Positions 1 through 11,900 of a stretch of DNA of 64,000 nt are shown here, in pieces; position 1 is the first letter of the stretch, and every line of letters starts with the position of its first letter. The stretch comes from Mobula hypostoma (Eukaryota). The notes under the pieces were generated by a model. It saw only the letters and a list, made by a program, of their open reading frames with translations, was not told the origin of the DNA and did not search any database. The translations under genes and the position numbers were made by a program. Location of the stretch: positions 102,984,001 through 103,048,000 of the forward strand of contig NC_086097.1 in NCBI RefSeq assembly GCF_963921235.1, given 5' to 3'.

Positions 1-360
1 TTCTAATATCCACCCCACTCAAAACACAGGCATGACTTGTGGGTAATGACTTTGAATCACACCAAACCTTAATCCCCGTGACAGCTGTAATAAATTACCT
101 TAATTATGACACACCTCAACACGTAAATAAACGCACAATATACAGCTTAATTCTTAAACAACAATCATACGGCATCCAAAATCCCAGATGAGCCCCCACA
201 AATGCAACCCTCTCACTGGGGCTTGTACACCAACTTGACTTGTTAGCTGGCTGTGCTTACAGCCATGTGACTAAGCAGTGAGAATGCCAACTGTCATAAG
301 CAATACTCGTCTAGGGTCGTCATGATTTGGTGCTCAACCAAGCAGGAACATTGGGAAGTT

Positions 361-690
361 AAATTAAGTAGTGCATTAAATTAAACAAGTAGTGCAAAAA
401 ACAGGAAAAAAAAAGTAGTGAGGTGTGCTCATGGGTTCAATGTTAATTCAGAAATCTGATGGCAGAGGGGAAAAAGCTGTTCCTGAATGTTTGAGTGTGT
501 GCCTTCAAGCTCCTGTACCTCCTCCCTGATGGCAGCAATGAGAAGAGTGCATGTCCTCGGTGGTAAAGTTTTTTTGTTGTGCAGGGGTGGGGTTGGGTTT
601 GTTGTTTCTCTTTGAACCTGACTTCCATGGTTTTCTTTGTTCTGTGGCTATCTGGATAAGGATCTCAGAATCGTATTGAATTGATTTTAT
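361..690 (-). mobile_element. Rex1/Babar-like LINE 3' fragment
   Basis: ORF 443-628 contains HRGHALFSLLPSGRRYRSLKAHTQTFRNSFFPSAIRFLN, the typical Rex1-type C-terminus. Confidence 0.75.
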
Positions 691-1445
691 TTGTTACATC
701 CTTTACATACATGAGTAAAAATCTTGTGTCTCTGTCTAAATATGCAATTTATAGTAATTTGTAATAAATAGTATGCACAACAGGACAGTCAATATAGCAT
801 AGAATTACAATTGTATCAGCATGAATTAATCAATCTGATGGCCCAGTGGAAGAAGCTATCCTGTTGGTCTTGGCTTTTATGCAGCTGGAACAGTTTGTGG
901 TTGGGGTGACTTGGATTCCCAAATATCCTTCGGGCCCTCTTTATGCACCTGTCTTTGTAAATGTCTTAAATAGTGAGAAGTTCACATCTCCAGATGCACT
1001 GGGCTGTCCGCACCGCTCTGTGCAGAGTCCTGTGATTAAGGGAGGTACAGTTCCCATACCAGGCAGTGTTGCAGCCAGTCAGGATGCTCTCAATTGTGCC
1101 CCTGTAGAAAGTACTTAGGATATGGGGATTCATGCCAAACTTCTTCAACTGTCTGAGGTGAAAGAGGTGCTGCTGTTCTTTTTTCAGCCGGTATGTACAG
1201 ACCAAGCAAAATCCTCAGTGATGTGTATGCCGGGAACTTAAAGCTGTTCACCCTCTCAACCGCAGATCCATTGATGTCAGTAGGGGTTAGCCTGTCTCCA
1301 TTCCTCCTGTAGTGCACAAGCAGCTCTTTTGCTTTTGCAACATTGAGGGAGAGGTTGTTTTCTTGACATCATTGTGTCAGGGTGATGACTTCTCTGTAGG
1401 CTGCCTTGTTATTATTTGAGATGAGGCCAATCAATGTAGTATCTT
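681..1445 (-). mobile_element. Rex1/Babar-like LINE 3' part
   Basis: Fragments INGSAVERVNSFKF and FYRGTIESILTGCNTAWYGNC. Similar to the + strand copy at 60020-61105. Confidence 0.8.
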
Positions 1446-1546
1446 CTAGTCCTGACGAAGGGTCTCGGCCTGAAACGTCGACTGCACCTCTTCCTACAGA
1501 TGCTGCCTGGCCTGCTGCGTTCACCAGCAACTTTGATGTGTGTTGC
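1446..1546 (+). mobile_element. Penelope-derived hammerhead mini-element
   Basis: Matches the Penelope 3' terminal repeat. TSD TAGTATCTT at 1437-1445 and 1547-1555. Confidence 0.85.
1447..1484 (+). ncRNA. Minimal type I hammerhead ribozyme (intact core)
   Basis: TAGTC CTGACGA AGGGTCTCGGCCT GAAA CG TC GACTG: stem I TAGTC/GACTG, core boxes CUGANGA and GAAA, stem II GGGU-CUCG-GCCU, GUC cleavage triplet. Confidence 0.8.
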
Positions 1547-1604
1547 TAGTATCTTTCGGTTGTGTGTGATATCCCTGCCACGGCTAGCTTGCTGATCTTA
1601 AAAA

Positions 1605-2680
1605 CATAAGACAAGTCATGTGGTAGTATTCGTGGATTTTTCAGAAATTGGATGGCAGAAGGGACAAAGCTGTTCCTAAAATGTTGAGTGCATGTTTTCA
1701 GGCTCCTGTACCTCCTCTGTGAAGGCAGGAATAGAAAGCATGTCAGATGTTGAGGGTCCCTGATGATGAATGCTGCATTCTTAATGCAGGGGCCTATGAT
1801 GGAGCTTGCTGAGTCTACAACCTACTGCAGGCTCTTTTGATCCTGTGCATTGGAGCTTCCATACCGGGCAGTGATGCAATGAGTCAGAGTGCTCTTCTTG
1901 GTACAACTGTAGAAATTTGTTAAGTTATTTTCTGACATATCAATTCTCCTTCAACTCCTAATGAAGTATAGCTGCTGGTGTATTTTCTTCATGTTCTGCC
2001 CAGGAAAGAAGCTTTGAGATGATGTCGTCCCAGGAACTTGAAGCTGCTTACCTTTTCCACTGTTGACCCTTCAGTGAGAACTGGTGTGTGTTCTCCAGAC
2101 TTCTCTTTCCTGAAGTCCACAATCAATTCCTTGGTCTTATTGGCATTTAGTGCATCTGTCTTGCTCTTGTATACTACGTCATCGCTATCTGAAATTCTCC
2201 CAACAAAAGTCATGTCCAGCAGCGAATTTATAGATGGCATTTGAGCTGTGCCTAGCTACGTTGTCATAAGTTGAGAGAGTAGAACAATAGGCTAAGCATG
2301 CTTTATGTAGGTGTGCTTATGTTGATTGTCAGAAAGGAGAAGATGTTATTACCGATCTGCATTGACTGGTTCACGATGAGGAAGTCAAGGGTCTAATGCA
2401 GAGAAAGGTACAAAGGACCAGGATTTGATGCTTGTTGATTAGTGCTGAACAGCCATCTTTAATCAATAACCAGCAGTCTGGTGTAGATATTGCTGTTGCT
2501 AGGTGGTCTAAGGCCGAGTGGTGAATCCATGAAGTTGTGGCTGCTATAGACCTGATGTGCAGTAGGAAAATTGCAATGGATCCAGGTCCTCGCTTAGGCA
2601 AGAGTTAATTGTAGTCTTAACCAACTTCTCAAAGCACATCATCATCATCATCGGTGTCTGGAACAGCATCTTTAAGGAAG
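1605..2680 (-). mobile_element. Rex1/Babar-like LINE RT fragment
   Basis: LNANKTKELIVDFRK...VEKVSSFKFLG in ORF 1989-2240. Degenerate. Confidence 0.75.
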
Positions 2681-2876
2681 TCATTGTTTTCATTGGATAA
2701 AAGATGGAGAAATATTGTGTAGGTTCTTTGTGTTTTAACTTGGTGCTCTTACTTATCCTTGCCCTAGCACTGAGATTGTAAACAACAGGAATACTGCAGA
2801 TGCTGGAAATTCAAGCAACACACATCAAAGTTGCTGGTGAATGCAGCAGGCCAGGCAGCATCTGTTGAAAGAGGCG

Positions 2877-2914
2877 CAGTCGACGTTTCAGGCCGAGACC
2901 CTTCGTCAGGACTA
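2877..2914 (-). ncRNA. Minimal type I hammerhead ribozyme (intact core)
   Basis: Reverse complement reads TAGTC CTGACGA AGGGTCTCGGCCT GAAA CGTC GACTG. Confidence 0.8.
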
Positions 2915-3203
2915 ACTGAAGGAAGAGTGAGTAAGGGATTTGAAAGTTGGAGGGGGAGGGGGAGATCCAAAATCTTAGGAGAAGACAGGAGGGGGAGGGA
3001 TAGAGCCAAGAGCTGGACAGGTGATAAGGGATACGAGGGGATCATGGGACAGGAGGTCCGGGAAGAAAGACAAGGAGGTGGGAGGGACCCAGAGGATGGG
3101 CAAGAGGTATATTCAGAGGGACAGAGGGAGAAAAAGGAGAGTGAGAGAAAGAATGTGTGCATAAAAATAAGTAGCAGATGGGGTACGAGGGAGAGGTGGG
3201 GCC

Positions 3204-3735
3204 TTAGCGGAAGTTAGAGAAGTCGATGTTCATGCCATCAGGTTGGAGGCTACCCAGACGGAATATAAGGTGTTGTTCCTCCAACCTGAGTGTGGCTTCA
3301 TCTTTACAGTAGAGGAGGCCGTGGATAGACATGTCAGAATGGGAATGGGATGTGGAATTAAAATGTGTGGTCACTGGGAGATCCTGCTTTCTCTGGCGGA
3401 CAGAGCGTAGATGTTCAGCAAAGCGGTCTCCCAGTCTGCGTCGGGTCTCGCCAATATATAAAAGGCCACATCGGGAGCACCGGACGCAGTATATCACCCC
3501 AGTCGACTCACAGGTGAAGTGTTGCCTCACCTGGAAGGACTGTTTGGGGCCCTGAATGGTGGTAAGGGAGGAAGTGTAAGGGCATGTGTAGCACTTGTTC
3601 CGCTTACATGGATAAGTGCCAGGAGGGAGATCGGTGGGGAGGGATGGGGGGGACGAATGGACAAGGGAGTTGCGTAGGGAGAGATCCCTGCGGAATGCAG
3701 AGGGGGGGGAGGGAAAGGTGTGCTTAGTGGTAGGA
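3204..3735 (-). pseudogene. Penelope-like GIY-YIG endonuclease domain with Cys-rich linker (Neptune-like), 5' truncated
   Basis: CKRNKCYTC linker, then VIYCVRCSRCGLLYIGETRRRLGDRFAEH...LEEQHLIFRLGSLQPDGMN. Confidence 0.88.
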
Positions 3736-3879
3736 TGTACTCGCGTACATCTGCTCTCACTCCATCCTCCCGCCACCCCACTAGGAATAGGGTTCCCCTG
3801 GTCCTCACCTACCACCCCACCAGCCTCCGGGTCCAACATATTATTCTCCGTAACTTCCGCCACCTCCACGGGATCCCAC

Positions 3880-4263
3880 AAGTGCTACACATGCCCTTAC
3901 ACTTCCTCCCTTACCACCATTCAGGGCCCCAAACAGTCCTTCCAAGTGAGGCAACACTTCACCTGTGAGTCGACTGGGGTGATACACTGCGTCCGATGTG
4001 GCCTTTTATATATTGGCGAGACCCGACGCAGACTGGGAGACCGCTTTGCTGAACATCTACGCTCTGTCCACCAGAGAAAGCAGGATCTCCCAGTGCCCAC
4101 ACATTTTAATTCCACATCCCATTCCCATTCTGACATGTCTATCCACGGCCTCCTCTACTGTAAAGATGAAGCCACACTCAGGTTGGAGGAACAACACCTT
4201 ATATTCCGTCTGGGAAGCCTCCAACCTGATGGCATAAACATCGACTTCTCTAACTTCCGCTAA
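3880..4263 (+). pseudogene. Penelope-like GIY-YIG endonuclease domain (second arm)
   Basis: VIHCVRCGLLYIGETRRRLGDRFAEH...DFSNFR*, with small deletions relative to the left arm. Confidence 0.85.
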
Positions 4264-4554
4264 GGCCCCATCTCCCCCTCGTACCCCATCTGTTACTCAT
4301 TTTTATGCACACATTCTTTCTCTCACTCTCCTTTTTCTCCCTCTGTCCCTCTGAATATGCCTCTTGCCCATCTTCTGGGTCCCCCCGCCCCCCTTGTCTT
4401 TCTTCCTGGACCTCCTGTCCCATGATCCTCTCACCTTTTGCCTATCACCTGTCCAGCTCTTGGCTCTATCCCTCCCCCTCCTGTCTTCTCCTATCATTTT
4501 GGATCTCCCCCTCCCCCTCCAACTTTCAAATCCCTTACTCACTCTTCCTTCAGT

Positions 4555-4592
4555 TAGTCCTGACGAAGGGTCTCGGCCTGAAATGTCGACTG
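4555..4592 (+). ncRNA. Minimal type I hammerhead ribozyme (GAAAUGUC variant)
   Basis: Core boxes intact. C>T change at the CpG of the ACGU stem III palindrome. Confidence 0.7.
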
Positions 4593-4704
4593 AGATTGTA
4601 TATGTTTTTTTAAAAACCATAATTCTTTATATGAATCACAAAAGACTGATGTTTCTGTTAATTAACAGGTTTTGATAGGCTAGTAGAGGCAACTGAATTG
4701 CACC

Positions 4705-4855
4705 AGGTCATCAAGAAGGCAAATGGGAAGGTTGGCCTTCATTGCTAGAGGGATTGGATTTAAGAGCAGAAAGGTTATGCTGCATCTGTACAGGGTACTG
4801 GTAAAACAGCACCTGGAATACCATATACAGTTCTGCTGTCCTTACTTGAGGAAGG
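4705..4855 (+). mobile_element. CR1 LINE fragment
   Basis: aagaaggcaaatgg...ttggccttcattgctagaggg...cacctggaatac matches the CR1 ORF2 C-terminal region seen at 24120-24260. Confidence 0.6.
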
Positions 4856-4864
4856 TGCTGTCAG

Positions 4865-7695
4865 AATGGTGATGTTTTGCGGGCAGCTCACAAAGCTACT
4901 AGATACTCTTCTGAGCTACGATTGACACAACCTGCAGCCTGTAATTTCACATTATGAAACTTGCTGTCCAAACCTACTAATGATTTTAGGATCTCCTGAA
5001 GGATTTGGCAAACTTGATTCCAGGAATGCAGATGCAGTGCCTTGAAGTGGACTAAGGTCAGCCATCACCAGACTGTAAACCAGATTAAAGCATTACCATT
5101 TTCAAGCATCCTCTTCGACAATGCCCTGTCTCTGGAGAATAAGACTGAGAATCTAAGGGTAAGATTGCTGTATCAGAGGGAAATGGAGGATTGCTGAGTT
5201 CTGTTTCACTGAGTCATGGCTCACTTATCCATCACCGGATGGATTAAACTGTAGAACATGCAGTGGGGGGCTCTTTCATAAACTCTTGGGCGTAGTGGCT
5301 TGTTGCACTCTTGTTCTTCCAAGCTGGAATATCTAATGATTAAGTGCTGTCTATTCTACTTGCTGAGTGAGTTCTCTTCAGTGATCCTGATTGCAGTTTA
5401 CATACATGCAAAGGCAGATGTTAAGCAAGCACTCGATGTATTGAGTGCCATGATGAACAAACGAGAAACAGCCTGCCCGGATGCCTTTCACATTCTCACT
5501 GAGCTCTTTAATCAGGCTTGTTTGAGGAAATTATTGTGCAATTACCATTAGCACATCATCTGCAGTACCAGGTCCCAACACTCAACCAATGCTACATTAC
5601 TGTTCTACCTCTAGACTGCATTTCAGGACATCTGATCATCTGACTTCCCTCCCCTTACCTGTATACAGGTAGAGGCTAAGATGCAAGGCACCAGAAGTAA
5701 GAACAAAGAGGTGGTTACAGGAGGCAGAGGAGCAGCTTTGGACCATGTTCAGGGACTATTCAGAGGACCAGAATGAATACGCCACAGTTGTAAAGATGCA
5801 CATGGACAAGTGTGTACCTGTGAAATTATTCGGTCTAACCCAACCATGAGCATTGGATAAACCAAGAGATCCAAAATCTGCTTGGGGCTAAAATTGGTGG
5901 TGTTCAAGTCTGGTGACCCAAGATAGTATAAAAGGACCAGGTATAACCTCCAGAAGGCCATCTCACATCTGAAATGGCAGTTCCACACCAAACTGGAAAC
6001 ATAGAATATGCTTAACAGCTGTGGTAGGGCTTGAATGCTATCATTTCCTACAAAGCAAAACCAAGCAACATAGGTGACAACAAGGTGAGCTCAATGCCTT
6101 CTATCACAAACAGGAGAAAATCTGCAGATGCTAGAAATCCAATCAACACATACAAAATGCTGGAGGAGCTCTTCAGGTCAGTCAGCATCTATGGAAAAGA
6201 GTACAGTTGACATTTTGGCTGAGACCCTTCATCCGGACTGGAGAAGAATGATGAACAGTTAGAGTAAGAAGGTGGGGGGAGGGGAGGAAGAAACACAAGG
6301 TGATGGGTGAAACTGGGAGAGGGGGAGGGATGAAGAAAAGAGCTGAGAAGTTGATTGGTGAAAGAGATACAGGGGTGGAGAAGGGTGAATGTAATAGGAG
6401 AGAACAGAAGGCCATGGAAGAAAGAAAAGGGGGAGTTGATGGGCAGGCAATGAGATAAGGTGAGAGAGAAGAATGGGGGGGGGCATTACCGGAAGTTCGA
6501 GAAAGTGCTGTTCATGCCATCAGGTTGGAGGCACCTAGATGGAATACAAGGTGTTGCTCCTCAACCTCAGTGTGGCCTCATCACGACAGTAGAGGAGGCC
6601 ATGGACTGACATGTCAGAATAGGAATGGGAAGTGGAATTAAAATGGGTGGTCACTGGGAGATCCTACTTTTTCTGGTAGACAAAACATAGGTGCTTTGCG
6701 AAGTGGTCTCCCAATCTATGTCAGGTCTCACTGACATACAGTTTGTGTCAATGCCTTCTATGCTTGTTTTGACTGACAAAATATGGTAGCTTAATGAATT
6801 CCCACAGCCCCCATCAAACCTATGATTTCAGTCTCTGACGCCAATGTGAGAGCATCTTTCAGGAGGGTGAACCCACGGAAAGAATCTTCCCAAGATGCGG
6901 TACGTGGCAGAGTACTGAAGACGTGCCAGTCAGCTGGCTGGAGTGTTTACTGACATGTTGAACCTCTTGCTTCAGGTGTCTGAGGTACTCACCTGGTTCA
7001 AGTAGGCTTTAATCATACTGGTGCCCAAGAAGAACTGTTGTCCAATGGCAGTTGCATCCATTGTGATGAAGGGCTTTGAAAGGTTGGTCATAAAATGTAT
7101 CATCTCCTGCCTAAATAGTGACTTGAATCTGCTTCGATTTGCCTACTCTCACAACCTGTCAACAACAGATGCCATTTCATTTGTTCTTCAATTGGCCTTG
7201 GAATATCTGGCTAGTGAAAATGCATACATCGGAATGCTCTTCATTGACTACAGCTCAGCATCAACACCATCATCCTCTCAAAGCTAATTACTAAGGTCCT
7301 AGACGTAGGCCTCGATACATCCTTGTGTAATTGGATCCTTAATTTCCTCACTTGCAGAACCCAGTCATTATGGAGTAGCAATAATATCTCTACAATCGGC
7401 ATCAGCACAGGTACGCCATAAGGCTGTGTGCTAAGAGCAGGGTGCTACATGCTTTATACTTATGAATGTGATGCTAAGTACAGCTCCAATGCCATATTTA
7501 TGTTTGCTGGTGACACCATTGTTGGCCGAATCAAAGATTGCGGTGAATTGGTATACAGGAAGGAGATTGAAAATCTGGTTGAGTGGTGCCACAACAACTC
7601 AACGTCAGCAAAATCAAAGATCTGATTATTGACTACAGGAGAAAGAAATTGAGGGTTCATGAGGTCCAGGGGTCAGTAACATCCTGGGTCCCAGT
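4865..7695 (+). mobile_element. Decayed near full-length Rex1/Babar-like LINE (APE + RT)
   Basis: EFSSVILIAVYI (endonuclease), MKGFERLV...FAY...STTDAI...LFIDYSSA (RT). Interrupted by a Penelope insertion at 6105-6747. Confidence 0.8.
6105..6747 (-). mobile_element. Older Penelope-like 3' fragment with degenerate hammerhead (about 6203-6240)
   Basis: GIY-YIG C-terminal sequence plus terminal repeat. 14 bp TSD TCAATGCCTTCTAT at 6091-6104 and 6748-6761. Confidence 0.85.
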
Positions 7696-7759
7696 TTTAA
7701 AAGAACTGTTGAGACTTGTCTGCAGAGCGGGAGATTGCAAAGAGAGTTGGGGACATTTC

Positions 7760-9430
7760 CTTGTGTTCAAAGTAACATTTATTAACAGAGAACATGCATG
7801 TCACCACATACAACCCTGAGATTCTTTTTCCTGTGGGTATACTTAACAAATCTATAGAACAGTGACTATAAATCGGATCAATATGCAACAAGCTGTCCAA
7901 ATGCAAATACAAATAAATAGCAATTAATTAGGAGTATCAAATAACAAGATAAAGTGTCCTTAAAGTAAGACAATCAGTTGTGGGAACACCAGAAATAGTG
8001 AGTATGTTCTTGAACCTGGTGGTGCAAGTCCTGAGGCACCTGTACCTTCCACCTGATGGTTGTAGCGAGAAAAGAGCATGGCCTGGGTGGTGAAGATCTT
8101 TGATGATGGATGCTGCTTTTCTACGGCAACATTTCATGTAGATGTGCTCAATGGATGGGAGGGCTTACCTGTGATGTACCGGGCTGAATCTACTACCTCT
8201 TGTAGGACTTTCTGCCATAATGCGGTCAGTCAGTACACTTTCCATCACACATCTTTAGAAGTTTGCCAAGGTTTTGATGACATGCCTGCAGACTCTTGAG
8301 GAAGTAGAGTTGCTGTTGTACTTTCTTTGCAATTATGATAGGTCCAGGACAGTTCCTCGGAGATAGTGACACCCAGGAATTTAAAGTTACTGACCCTCTC
8401 TAGCTCTGATCCTCCAATGAGTACTGGTTTCCCGGTCCCGATGTCTACAATCAGTTCCTTGGTCCTTTTGACATTGAGTGAGAGGTTGTTGTTATTATAC
8501 CACTCAGCCAAATGTTCAGTTTCTCTCCTGTGTGCTGTATCTCACCACCTTTGATACACCCTACAACAGTGGTGTCATCAGCAAACTTGGATATAGTGTT
8601 GGAGCAGTACTTAGCCACACAGTCATAGGTGTAAAGTGAGTAGAGGAGGGGGCTAAACACACATCCCTGTGGTGCTCCTTTGCTGATGGAGCTTATGGAG
8701 AAGATGTTTGTAGCCAATTTAAATTGGTGGGGGCCTGCAAGTGAGGAAATCCAGGGTTTAATTGCACAAGGGGCATTGAGGCCCAGGTGTTGGAGTTTTC
8801 TGATTAGTTTTGAGGGGATGATGATATTAAATGCTGAGCTGTAATTCATAAGGAGCATCCTGATGTATGCATCTTTGCAGTCTAGCTGTTTCAGGGTTGT
8901 GTGAAGAGCCAATGAGATGGTATCTGCTGTAGACCTGTTGCTTCGGTAGGCAAATTGGAGCAGATCCATGTCACTACTCAGACAGGAGCTCAAAATGCTT
9001 GAACACCTGCCTCTCAAAACACTTGATCACTGTGGATATAAGTGCCATTGGCAAAAGTCATTGAGACAGGTCGCCACACTCTTGGGCACTGGTATGATTC
9101 AAGCCTATTTGAAGCAGGTGGGTACCACATGCTGAAAGGGTGAGAGATTGAAGATCAGCACAGGTCTTCAGTACTCGGCTAAGTACTCTGTCTGGACTGG
9201 ACGCTTTGCATTGATTCACTCACTCTCTTGAAGGCAGCCCGCACATCTTTAGATTTTGAGACCAAAGGGACATTGGGAGACGTGTGGATGCATGATGGTT
9301 CCTCCCTGTTCTGGTGGTCAAAGAGAGCAGAGAAGGCATTGAGATAATCTGGAAGCAAAGCTCTGCTGTCCCCTATGTTGCAAGATTTAACTATGTAGGA
9401 GGTTATGACATTCAAGCTACTGCATGTCAT
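7760..9430 (-). mobile_element. Rex1/Babar-like LINE (RT and C-terminus)
   Basis: ORF 8451-9017 has GAPQGCVFSPLLYSLYTYDC...KFADDTT. ORF 7937-8137 has HPGHALFSLQPSGGRYR. Confidence 0.85.
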
Positions 9431-11521
9431 ATGTGGACTATATGTACTAGCTTTACAAAGTGAGCAGTGACTTGTCTGCTGAGCCGGGAGATTGCTTGGG
9501 TTATTAGTAACTTAGCAAAGGCCAGTAAAAACATGAGAAGTGTAAGCAGAGTGGTCACTGTTGAAGTGGGCCAGGCTTAGAATGGGAGGCTTTGGCAAGA
9601 ACATGGAGAGATTCTAAGAAAGTTGATAGTAACCTTTTCTCTCTTTGTCTATTTGTATATAGCTAGTGCTTTGAGAAGTGATTCATGCTAAGTGGTATGT
9701 TTTTCGCGTGAGATGGGGGAACTCTGGGAGACCTCCAGTCTGCCTGATAACTACATCTGCACAAAGTGCATCGAGCTGCAGCTTTACGACCTTTGGCTCA
9801 TATGGGAGAATGAGGAGGTGATACATAGGAGCTACGCCAATTTGCAGAAGGCAGGCACCTGAGTGAAAGGGAGTAGGCAGCCAGTGCAGAATTACAATCA
9901 GAGTTGGGTCTAATATCATTGGCCGATGTCATGAAATTTATTGTTTTGTAGCAGCAGTACATTGCAAAACATAATAATAAGTTATAAATTATAATAAGTA
10001 TATAAAATTAAATGATTGCAAAAAGAAAGGGGAAAATAAGACTATAAGACAGGAGCAGAATTAGGCCATTCAGCCCATTGAGTCTGCTCTGCCTTATGGT
10101 TGATCTCAGAACCCACTCAACCCCATACACTTGTCTTTTTGCCACATCCTTTGCTGCCCTGACCAATCGGAAACTAACAACTTCAGCTTTAAATATACCT
10201 ATGGACTTGGCCTCCACTGCAGACTCCAGCAGAGCATTCCACAGGTTCACTACTCTCTGGCTTAAAAAAAAGCGCCTGCCTTACCGCTGTTCTAAAAGGT
10301 CGCCCCTCAGTTTTGAGGCTGTGCTCTCTACTTCTGGATACCCCCACCACCACCACGGGAAACAGCCTCTCCATCTCCACCCTATCTAGTCCTTTCAAAA
10401 TTCGGTAGGTTTCAATAAGAACTCCCCTGCATTCTTCTAAATTCCAGTGAAAGCTGTCAAACACTCCTCAAATATTAACCCCTTCATACCTGGAATCATC
10501 TTCATGAACCTCCTCTGGACTCTCTCCAATAACAACAAATCTGTTCTGAGGCATGGGCTCGGATCTGTTGACGATACTCTAAGTGCGGCCGGACCAGTGT
10601 CTTATAAAGCCTCAGCATTATCCTCCTGCTTTTATATTCTGTTCCCCTTGAAATAAATGCCAACGTTGTATTTGTCTTTTTTACCACAGAGTCAACCTGT
10701 AAATTAACCTTTTGGGAGTCTTGCATAAGGACTTTTAAGTCCCTCTGTACCTCTGATGTTGGAATTTTCTCCCCATCCAGATAATAGTCTGCGCTATCGT
10801 TCCTTTAACCAAGATACAATATCATACATTTCCCAACACTGTATTCCGTCTGCCATTTGTCTAAGTCCTACTGCAATCGCATTTGTTCCTCAGCACTACC
10901 TACCCCTTCACCTATTTTTGTATCATCTGCAAACTCTACCACAAAGCCATCAATTCCATTATCCAAATCATTGACAAACAATGTGAAAAGTAGGTGTCCC
11001 AATACTGACCCCTGAGGAGCACCACTAATCACTGGTAGCCACCAGAAAGGCCCCCTTGATTCCCATTCACTGCCTCCTGCCTGTCAGCCAGTCATCCATC
11101 CATGGCAGTATCTTTCCTGTAATGCCATAAGATTTTATCTTGTTAAGCAGCCTCATGTGTGGCACCTTATCAAATGCCTTTTGAAAATCCAAGTAAATGA
11201 CATCCACTGCCTCTCATTTGTCCATCCTGCTTATTACTTGCCCAAGGAATCTTTAGGAAATCCTTCACAAAGACTCCCAAGTCCTGTTGCACCTTTAATT
11301 TTTGAAATTTCTCCCATTGAGAGAATAGTCTATGCCTTTATTCCTCCTACCAAAATGCATGACCATACACTTCCCCACATATATTCCATCTGTCACTTAT
11401 TTGCCCATTCTGCTAATCTTAAGTCTTTCTGCAGACTCCCTGCTACCTCAACACTATCTGCCCCTCCACTCATCTACATATTATCCACAACCGTGGCCAC
11501 AAAGCCATCAATTTAATCATC

Positions 11522-11900
11522 CAAACATGAGGAAATCTGCAGATGCTGGAATTTCAAGCAACACACATAAAAATTGCTGGTGAATGCAGCACGCCAGGCA
11601 GCATCTATAGGAAGAGGTATAGTCGACGTTTCGGGCCGAGACCCTTCGTCAGGACTAACTGAAAGAATAGATAGTAAGAGATTTGGAAGTGGGAGGGGGA
11701 GATCCAAAATGATAGGAGAAGACAGGAGGGGGAGGGATGAAGCTAAGAGCTGGCAAGTTGATTGACAAAAGGGATATGAAAGGATCATAGGATGGGAGGC
11801 CAAGGGAGAAAGAAAGGGGGAGGGGAGAATCCCAGAGGATGGGCAAGGAGTATAGTGAGAGGGACAGAGGGAGAAAAAGGAGAGAGAGAAAAATTATATA
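11522..11900 (-). mobile_element. Penelope 3' terminal repeat fragment inside CR1
   Basis: Closely matches 2781-3170. Confidence 0.85.
11620..11657 (-). ncRNA. Minimal type I hammerhead ribozyme (best-paired copy)
   Basis: Reverse complement reads TAGTC CTGACGA A GGGT CTCG GCCC GAAA CGTC GACTA, with fully Watson-Crick stem I. Confidence 0.82.

Larger units (their letters stand above)
2781..4588. mobile_element. Head-to-head inverted Penelope-like insertion (two GIY-YIG/3' arms)
   Basis: Left arm on the - strand (2781-~3737), right arm on the + strand (~3741-4592). TSD ACTGAGATTGTA at 2769-2780 and 4589-4600. Confidence 0.9.

Noticed and set aside
1..200. Possible end of an LTR (...cccccaca at about 200)
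   Set aside because: Cut by the window edge, so no second terminus or TSD can be checked.
2764..3217. Recurring 100-130 aa ORFs (for example SVSPDEGSRPETST, GRDPSSGL) at many loci
   Set aside because: Chance translations of the non-coding Penelope terminal repeat. The recurring peptide is simply the hammerhead sequence.
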